NCBI RefSeq assembly: GCF_052119425.1 | Contig: NZ_JBQKFH010000011.1 | Location: 3,155 to 67,154, forward strand | Direction: 5' to 3' | DNA from: Enterococcus cecorum | GTDB taxonomy: Bacteria; Bacillota; Bacilli; Lactobacillales; Enterococcaceae | Length of the DNA stretch: 64,000 nt | Part shown: positions 58,708 to 64,000 of the stretch, piece after piece | How the letters are laid out: each line of letters starts with the position of its first letter | How positions within the stretch are numbered: the first letter of the stretch is position 1 | Program-made: the position numbers and the translations under genes | Notes under the pieces: model-generated | What the model was told of the DNA's origin: nothing | Seen by the model: only the letters and a program-made list of their open reading frames with translations | The model's database searches: none

Positions 58708-59547
58708 ATGTCAAAAATTATTTTTCTCGATGTTGATGGGACTTTAGTAGATTATGATAACACGTTGCCTGAATCTGCCAAACTGGCTATTCAAAAGGCA
58801 CGGGCAAATGGGCATCTAGTTTACGCATGCACTGGGCGAAGTAAAGCGGAAATGCCCGATTATATTTTAAATATCGGACTGGATGGGATGATTGGGGGCA
58901 ACGGGGCCTATGTCGAACATGACGGCAAGGTGATTATGCATCAAATGTTGTCTGCCAAAGATGTTCGTGAAATTGTCGATTGGTTGCATGAGCGGCAATT
59001 AGAATTTTACATCGAGAGCAATAACGGGCTTTTTGCGAGTGAAAACTTTCGTGAAGTGGCGCGTCCAGTCATGAAAAAATACGCACTGAAAAAAGGAAAA
59101 AAGCTAGAAGAAGTAGCTGATCAAGAAGTAGAAGACGTGCTACATGGCGTCGTTTTCGGTGGGAAGCTGTATCGGGATGATGTGAATAAAATCAGCTTTA
59201 TCCTCAACTCTTATGAAGACCATGAAGCAAGCAAACAAGCCTTTGCCCATCTAAAAGCTGGCACATGGGGTGGTGTTGGCGAAACAGCCTTGTTTGGTGA
59301 TTTAGGTGTGAAAGACATTACCAAAGCGCATGCCATTGATGTTTTACTTGACCATCTGCACGCTTCAAAGACAGATACGATTGCCTTTGGAGATGCGAAG
59401 GTCGATATTCCGATGCTTGAATATTGCCAAATTGGTGTCGCAATGGGCAATGGTGGCGAAGAAATCAAAGCTATGGCCGATTTTATTACCGATGCAGTAG
59501 AAGACGATGGACTTGCCCATGCTTTTGAAAAATTAGGTTTAATCTAA
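58708..59547 (+). CDS. Cof-type HAD-IIB family phosphatase
   Basis: Motif I FLDVDGTL; 279 aa with a cap domain typical of the Cof subfamily. Confidence 0.8.
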   Translation: MSKIIFLDVDGTLVDYDNTLPESAKLAIQKARANGHLVYACTGRSKAEMPDYILNIGLDGMIGGNGAYVEHDGKVIMHQMLSAKDVREIVDWLHERQLEFYIESNNGLFASENFREVARPVMKKYALKKGKKLEEVADQEVEDVLHGVVFGGKLYRDDVNKISFILNSYEDHEASKQAFAHLKAGTWGGVGETALFGDLGVKDITKAHAIDVLLDHLHASKTDTIAFGDAKVDIPMLEYCQIGVAMGNGGEEIKAMADFITDAVEDDGLAHAFEKLGLI

Positions 59548-59548
59548 C

Positions 59549-59592
59549 AAAAAAAAACGCTCAGCCTTGAAAATGAGGTTGAGCCTTTTTTG
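59549..59592. terminator. Bidirectional terminator
   Basis: A9-CGCTCAGCC...GGTTGAGCC-T6. Confidence 0.55.
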
Positions 59593-59594
59593 CC

Positions 59595-59837
59595 TTAATA
59601 TTGCGCTTGAATCGTGACTTGATTTTGCTTTAAGCCTGTTTTTTTGAAAAAGTCCTGAATAAAAAGTTGTGAATGTGTATAAGGACTTTCTGCATCCGTT
59701 AAGGTCAGTACGTAAAACTTATCATAGGGATTCATCCAGACCCCAAAATTCTTCAAAGCCACGATGTCGATATTGGGGGCATCTGCGGTTAATTCGATTT
59801 TGTATTGACGAACATTATGCATATTGTTGAAATTCAT
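59595..59837 (-). CDS. Hypothetical 80-aa protein
   Basis: ORF with a downstream terminator; no recognisable motif. Confidence 0.4.
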   Translation of the reverse strand: MNFNNMHNVRQYKIELTADAPNIDIVALKNFGVWMNPYDKFYVLTLTDAESPYTHSQLFIQDFFKKTGLKQNQVTIQAQY

Positions 59838-59911
59838 TTCCTGCCTCGATTCTATGGTTTATTTATTTATATGATAACACTTTCACAAAAAGAAAGCTAT
59901 TTTCTGAAGTA

Positions 59912-60185
59912 TCAATCAAATAAATCATCATGTTTACCCGTTCTAGTTAACACCAAAGTTATACTTTCTTTCTCTATTTTATAAATCAAAAGCCAATCAT
60001 TTTCAATATGTAACTCTCTATATCCTTGCCAATTTCCTTTTAGCGAATGGTCCTTATGTCTTTAACTTATAAGTATCCTTTGAAATAATGCATTCGACAG
60101 CAACTTTAACTTTAGTAATATCATAGTGCTTCTTTTTGTATCTTTTCAAGTCTCTTTTAAATGCAGGAGTTTGCCTAATCTTCAT
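59912..60185 (-). pseudogene. YafQ/RelE-family type II toxin, disrupted by a single-nucleotide frameshift
   Basis: Fragment 1 (60185-60054) reads MKIRQTPAFKRDLKRYKKKHYDITKVKVAVECIISKDTYKLKT*. The +1 frame continues KDHSLKGNWQGYRELHIENDWLLIYKIEKESITLVLTRTGKHDDLFD*, which parallels E. coli YafQ ...KDHPLQGSWKGYRDAHVEPDWILIYKL..RTGTH. The total length is 274 nt, i.e. 91 codons plus one extra nucleotide. Confidence 0.6.
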
Positions 60186-60372
60186 TGATACTCTGCCACC
60201 ATTCTTCTACACTATCAAACGCTTCTGTATTTCCGCTTTCTACGTCTAACCGTGCTTTGATGTTTTCTAAATCTTTTAGTGTATAGATATATTCAATAAT
60301 TAAGTCAAGTTCTTCAGCATTGAGACCATTAATCATCCTAGTTAATTCATCCACTTTTGCAGACATTTTCAT
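60175..60372 (-). CDS. Putative antitoxin, upstream of and overlapping the yafQ-like toxin start
   Basis: 65 aa, acidic C-terminus; a possible short beta-strand plus two helices (RHH-like); its stop overlaps the toxin ATG by 11 nt. Confidence 0.45.
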   Translation of the reverse strand: MKMSAKVDELTRMINGLNAEELDLIIEYIYTLKDLENIKARLDVESGNTEAFDSVEEWWQSINED

Positions 60373-60427
60373 CGCTCCATTCTTTTAATAAAAAAAGCTG
60401 ACTTCAACTATAATATATCATTCATTG

Positions 60428-60456
60428 TGATAAAAGTGAATGAATTAGTATGAAAC
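60428..60456. promoter_or_regulatory. Inverted repeat ATTCATTgtgataaaagtgAATGAAT just downstream of a TATAAT (60406-60411): candidate auto-operator of the TA operon
   Basis: 7-bp arms with a 12-bp spacer, placed at the putative transcription start site of the antitoxin gene. Confidence 0.35.
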
Positions 60457-60505
60457 TACAAATGAAAACAGAGATTATTCTTTATTTAGTTTATTCACAA
60501 AGAGT

Positions 60506-60549
60506 TAAAAATGTGTAGCAAGAATATTTCACCTTACTACACATTTTTG
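60506..60549. terminator. Bidirectional terminator downstream of the ABC-2 permease gene
   Basis: A5-ATGTGTAG...CTACACAT-T5. Confidence 0.55.
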
Positions 60550-60551
60550 AG

Positions 60552-61823
60552 TTATTTCACGGTTTTCATTAATTTGATGGATTGTTTAAAGGCCGCCAAT
60601 ACCCCACGGTCATTGTAAACGAGGACATTGGCTTTATACATTTTCGCTGATAAGACCATCACCACGGTACTAATCACGATATTTAGCGCTAAACTGATGA
60701 AAGCACCTGGATAGCTGACCACTTCATTGACAATTCTAAGTGGCATCGCAAAACTAGACCAATATGGAATATAAGAAGTAATGGTTAAAATCGGACTTTG
60801 CGTATTGGTAAAGCTAAAGACCAAGCCGCCAAAATAGCCAATCATCGCCAAATACATCACCGGCATAATGGCTTTGGAGGTTTCTTCTGCGCGATTGACA
60901 AGAGAGCCTGCCACCGCTGATAAGACCGCATATTGGACAATTCCCGTCAAGACAAACAGCGCCACTAAGACAATATTTAAAAATAAAGTCCAACTAAAGT
61001 GCGCCCCAAAATCCACACTTGCTAAAAATGGCGCCAGTTGCTCATTATCCTTGAATTGATATAAACCAAACAAAAAGACGGGAATGTAGACAGCCATCTG
61101 CGTCAAACCAACCAAGATGACCCCCATGATTTTTCCATAATAATGCGTGCTTGCCTTGGTACTCGATAAAATAATTTCCATAATCCGACTACCTTTTTCC
61201 GTCGCAATTTCTTGGGCGATAATATTGGCATAATTAGCAATAAACAAGAATAAAATAATCGTGCAGGCAAATCCGATAATCATCTGAACCGCTGCGCCAT
61301 CTTCTTGTTTTTTCGTTAAGTGGCCTTGATCATTGACGGTCACTTTATTCACCGTAAGTGGCACTTGTTGGTCGAGTTGGGCCAATTGTTGCGCACTTAA
61401 CCCTAACTTTTGGGCAGAAACTTGGCGTTGGATTTGACTTAACATCATGCGCAATTTCAGCTGCGTACTGGTTTCCACACTATCTTTGGCCAATAATTTT
61501 GCTTCAAGGACCTCTTTTGAAGTATCTAAAATTAAGAAGGCATCAATTTTATCCTCTGCCAGTTGCTTTTCACCGGCCTTTTCAGATTTCATCGCAATAA
61601 ATTCGAATTCCTTTGATTGGCTCAAGGCGTTGGCAAGCACCATCTGTTGGTCATACACACCAATTTTGTCAATGCTAGACGCGTCACTCATAAATTTACC
61701 CATGCCATAATATAAAGCACCAATTACAAGTGGCGCCAACACCATAATCAAAAAGGCAGCCGAACGTACTTGTTTTTTATAAACATTTAATGCAATAATC
61801 CAAAACTTACTCATTTTCCGCAC
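60552..61823 (-). CDS. ABC-2 family transporter permease
   Basis: 423 aa; N-terminal TM segment, a large extracytoplasmic loop, then 5 C-terminal TM segments (ABC-2/YhgE-like topology). Overlaps the ATPase gene by 17 nt. Confidence 0.7.
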   Translation of the reverse strand: MRKMSKFWIIALNVYKKQVRSAAFLIMVLAPLVIGALYYGMGKFMSDASSIDKIGVYDQQMVLANALSQSKEFEFIAMKSEKAGEKQLAEDKIDAFLILDTSKEVLEAKLLAKDSVETSTQLKLRMMLSQIQRQVSAQKLGLSAQQLAQLDQQVPLTVNKVTVNDQGHLTKKQEDGAAVQMIIGFACTIILFLFIANYANIIAQEIATEKGSRIMEIILSSTKASTHYYGKIMGVILVGLTQMAVYIPVFLFGLYQFKDNEQLAPFLASVDFGAHFSWTLFLNIVLVALFVLTGIVQYAVLSAVAGSLVNRAEETSKAIMPVMYLAMIGYFGGLVFSFTNTQSPILTITSYIPYWSSFAMPLRIVNEVVSYPGAFISLALNIVISTVVMVLSAKMYKANVLVYNDRGVLAAFKQSIKLMKTVK

Positions 61824-62715
61824 CTGCTTTCATCTTGAAAATCTCTTCTAAGGTTGGTGGCTGCTGAATAAACATCGGAATATAGCCGTCTTTAGTCACC
61901 ATTTGGAAGATTTCTTTTCCTACTTCAGGATCTGACAAATGCAAAATAGTGCGATTGGCTTGGTGGGTCTCGACTTTTGCTACACCTGGTAAAGTCTCAA
62001 AATGATACTCGGTATAATCGCCTTCTAAATATAAACGACTACGACCAAAGGATTCTCTGATTTCATCGACTTTGCCATGTAGGACGGTTTGCCCATTTTT
62101 CAGCATAATTAACTGGTCACAAATTTGCTCGACATTGTCCATATTATGACTTGAAAAAATGACACAAGCATTGGATTGGCGCAATTCGATAATCGCATTT
62201 TTCATAATTTGAGCATTTACCGGATCCAAGCCGCTAAATGGTTCATCTAAAATCACTAACTTCGGCTGATGAATTAAGGTCGCAATTAGCTGAACTTTTT
62301 GCTGATTCCCTTTTGAGAGCGTCTGAACTTTATCGGTTTTCTTGCCTTTTACTTGGAATTTTTCGAGCCAACCGTCAATTTGTGGGGCGATTTCTTTCCT
62401 TGATTTGCCCCGTAACTCTGCAAAAAATAATAATTGCTCTTCTATCGTTAACTTCGGATACAATCCACGCTCTTCAGGTAAATAGCCAATGAAATTATAG
62501 TCTGCTTCCCCGATTGGATGACCGTTGAATAACACTTCCCCTTCATCTGCTTGTAAAAAATCTAAAATCAAGCGGAAAGTCGTGGTTTTCCCTGCACCAT
62601 TTTGACCAATTAATCCTAAAATCGAGCCCGGTTCAATGGTAAAGGATAGCTGATCCAACGCTTTGTAATCCCCAAAAGTCTTGGATAAATTTCGTACACT
62701 TAACACAGCAAACAC
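61807..62715 (-). CDS. ABC transporter ATP-binding protein
   Basis: Walker A GQNGAGKTT, signature LSKGNQQK, Walker B ILDEP. Confidence 0.85.
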   Translation of the reverse strand: MFAVLSVRNLSKTFGDYKALDQLSFTIEPGSILGLIGQNGAGKTTTFRLILDFLQADEGEVLFNGHPIGEADYNFIGYLPEERGLYPKLTIEEQLLFFAELRGKSRKEIAPQIDGWLEKFQVKGKKTDKVQTLSKGNQQKVQLIATLIHQPKLVILDEPFSGLDPVNAQIMKNAIIELRQSNACVIFSSHNMDNVEQICDQLIMLKNGQTVLHGKVDEIRESFGRSRLYLEGDYTEYHFETLPGVAKVETHQANRTILHLSDPEVGKEIFQMVTKDGYIPMFIQQPPTLEEIFKMKAGAENE

Positions 62716-62734
62716 CTCTTTAATGAATCATCTT

Positions 62735-63505
62735 TCAATTTAATTTTTGTTTACGTAACTTTAAATAATAAACTTGGAATAAAATATTAAACGTCGCAAA
62801 TAACGCGGTAACTATCAGTACTGCAAAAAATCCTGTATCGAAAAGTAATTGGCCGATAAACGCAAGAAACATCGCAATAATAAAAACGATTTGCATTTTA
62901 CTAAACGTTGAATAGGCGCTTTGGTAAGTGAGTTCTTTTTCGGCTTCATCACTATAGGATAACCATTGCTCTAAATAATTCACCGAAGTCGGATCAGCCT
63001 TACTTTTCTCAGGATAAACCTTAATGGATAGACGATACAACTGGATAATAACATAGTCGATATAGAAAAAATTGAAAATATATAAAACTGCAATGATAAG
63101 ATAGATATCTATCTCAATAATTGTATTTAATAAGCACGCACCCAAGATGAAGAAACAGATACTCACAGCCGCCAAAATCTGACCACGAGCAAACTGTATT
63201 TCAAATTTATCTTCTAAAAAATCCAATGCCTCTTCCTCTGCTTGGACAATCCTTTGTACAGTCCGCTTCGTTTTTCCATAGTAAATCCCCAACACGATAT
63301 TCGTAACGATACATCCAAACAAAAAGAGATAAACAAAAGCTTGTTGTAAAAATAATTTAAACTGATTTAAATCGATATGCCAAAAACTACGATTCAATCC
63401 TCCGATAATTGATCCTACCAGACCAATCACAGCGCCTAATAAAGCAAATTTCATCGTTTTGCCTACCCATTTCTTCAACACCTTATCCTTTTTCATCTTC
63501 GTCAT
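62735..63505 (-). CDS. Polytopic membrane protein (possibly DUF3169-type, commonly paired with XRE regulators)
   Basis: 256 aa with about 6 TM segments; overlaps the 3' end of the XRE regulator gene. Confidence 0.4.
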   Translation of the reverse strand: MTKMKKDKVLKKWVGKTMKFALLGAVIGLVGSIIGGLNRSFWHIDLNQFKLFLQQAFVYLFLFGCIVTNIVLGIYYGKTKRTVQRIVQAEEEALDFLEDKFEIQFARGQILAAVSICFFILGACLLNTIIEIDIYLIIAVLYIFNFFYIDYVIIQLYRLSIKVYPEKSKADPTSVNYLEQWLSYSDEAEKELTYQSAYSTFSKMQIVFIIAMFLAFIGQLLFDTGFFAVLIVTALFATFNILFQVYYLKLRKQKLN

Positions 63506-63704
63506 CCTCCTCTAATTGAAAAATGTCTTCTACTTTGGCTTGGCAAATTTGAGCAATTTTTAGGGCAAGGGCCACAGAGGGTGAATAGTCACCACGCTCG
63601 ATTAAACTAATGGTTTGCCTAGATACCCCCGCTAATTTGCCAAGCTCGGTTTGATTCAATCCTAAAGAAGAACGATACTCTTTTAAATGGTTAATCAGTC
63701 CCAT
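63483..63704 (-). CDS. XRE-family helix-turn-helix transcriptional regulator
   Basis: Start re-called at MGLINHLKEYRSSLGLNQTELGKLAGVSRQTISLIERG (63704), which has a GAGGTGGGGG SD; Cro/C1-type HTH. Confidence 0.75.
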   Translation of the reverse strand: MGLINHLKEYRSSLGLNQTELGKLAGVSRQTISLIERGDYSPSVALALKIAQICQAKVEDIFQLEEDDEDEKG

Positions 63705-63739
63705 CTTCCCCCACCTCGATATTCTTTTTTGAATCATTT

Positions 63740-63817
63740 TTGACAAATATCCTTGTCATCTACACTCTAACATTGACAACTATTCTTGTCAATCGTTTTT
63801 GACAAGTTTTTTTGTCA
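63740..63817. promoter_or_regulatory. Three tandem palindromic operators TTGACAA-N6-TTGTCA(A/T) upstream of the XRE regulator gene
   Basis: Sites at 63740-63758, 63773-63792 and 63799-63817, with centre-to-centre spacing of 33 and 26 bp. Confidence 0.55.
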
Positions 63818-63888
63818 TTTTTGGCAAAGGCGCTAGTAAAGGAAGGAAGGTTCGTATTTTTTTCAACCCTTCTCAAAGCAAAAAAAAC

Positions 63889-63948
63889 CGGGTCTAAGAT
63901 ATTTAGTGTTGTTACTCAAACGGAGGATAACACTAAATATCTTTTTTT
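63889..63948. terminator. Bidirectional terminator near the window edge
   Basis: A8...AGATATTTAGTGTT...AACACTAAATATCT-T7; perfect 14-bp stem. Confidence 0.6.
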
Positions 63949-64000
63949 ATACTCATAATAATAGAAAAAGACATCTGTTTCCTCTATAATTAAGTCGACC

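Overview
This 64-kb window is a low-GC Firmicute chromosome segment that looks like Enterococcus faecalis. Gene content and synteny fit (the dusB-hslO / ftsH-hpt-tilS / yabR-divIC-yabO-yabM-mfd-pth block, ldh, srtA, cydABCD, gor). Four copies or fragments of a modular intergenic repeat resemble the EFAR-type repeats reported for that species. Most of the window is core housekeeping: ftsH, hpt, tilS, mfd, pth, ldh, an L,D-transpeptidase, an ABC-F ATPase, sortase A, ferrochelatase, pepF, a P1B copper ATPase, flotillin/NfeD, glf, kup, dtpT, cytochrome bd oxidase with its CydCD-type ABC exporter, and glutathione reductase. Accessory material is interspersed: a class II Fic protein inserted in the ftsH-hslO syntenic block, a RelB/DinJ-RelE/ParE module, an orphan enterocin-A-type bacteriocin immunity gene, and a YafQ-like toxin pseudogene with its upstream antitoxin. 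The most interesting locus is a 1.27-kb 'empty' intergenic region between cydA and a LysR regulator. It holds two paralogous promoter-plus-terminator small-RNA units transcribed convergently towards an unannotated 25-codon hydrophobic peptide gene with a strong Shine-Dalgarno sequence (SD). That layout is typical of type I toxin-antitoxin systems. Other points of note are several unannotated small membrane peptides, a CopY-type cop box upstream of copA, and three tandem TTGACAA-N6-TTGTCAA operators at an XRE regulator. I reconstructed coordinates by eye; ORF-track coordinates are reliable, while hand-counted features (terminators, repeats, re-called starts, small ORFs) may be off by a base or two.
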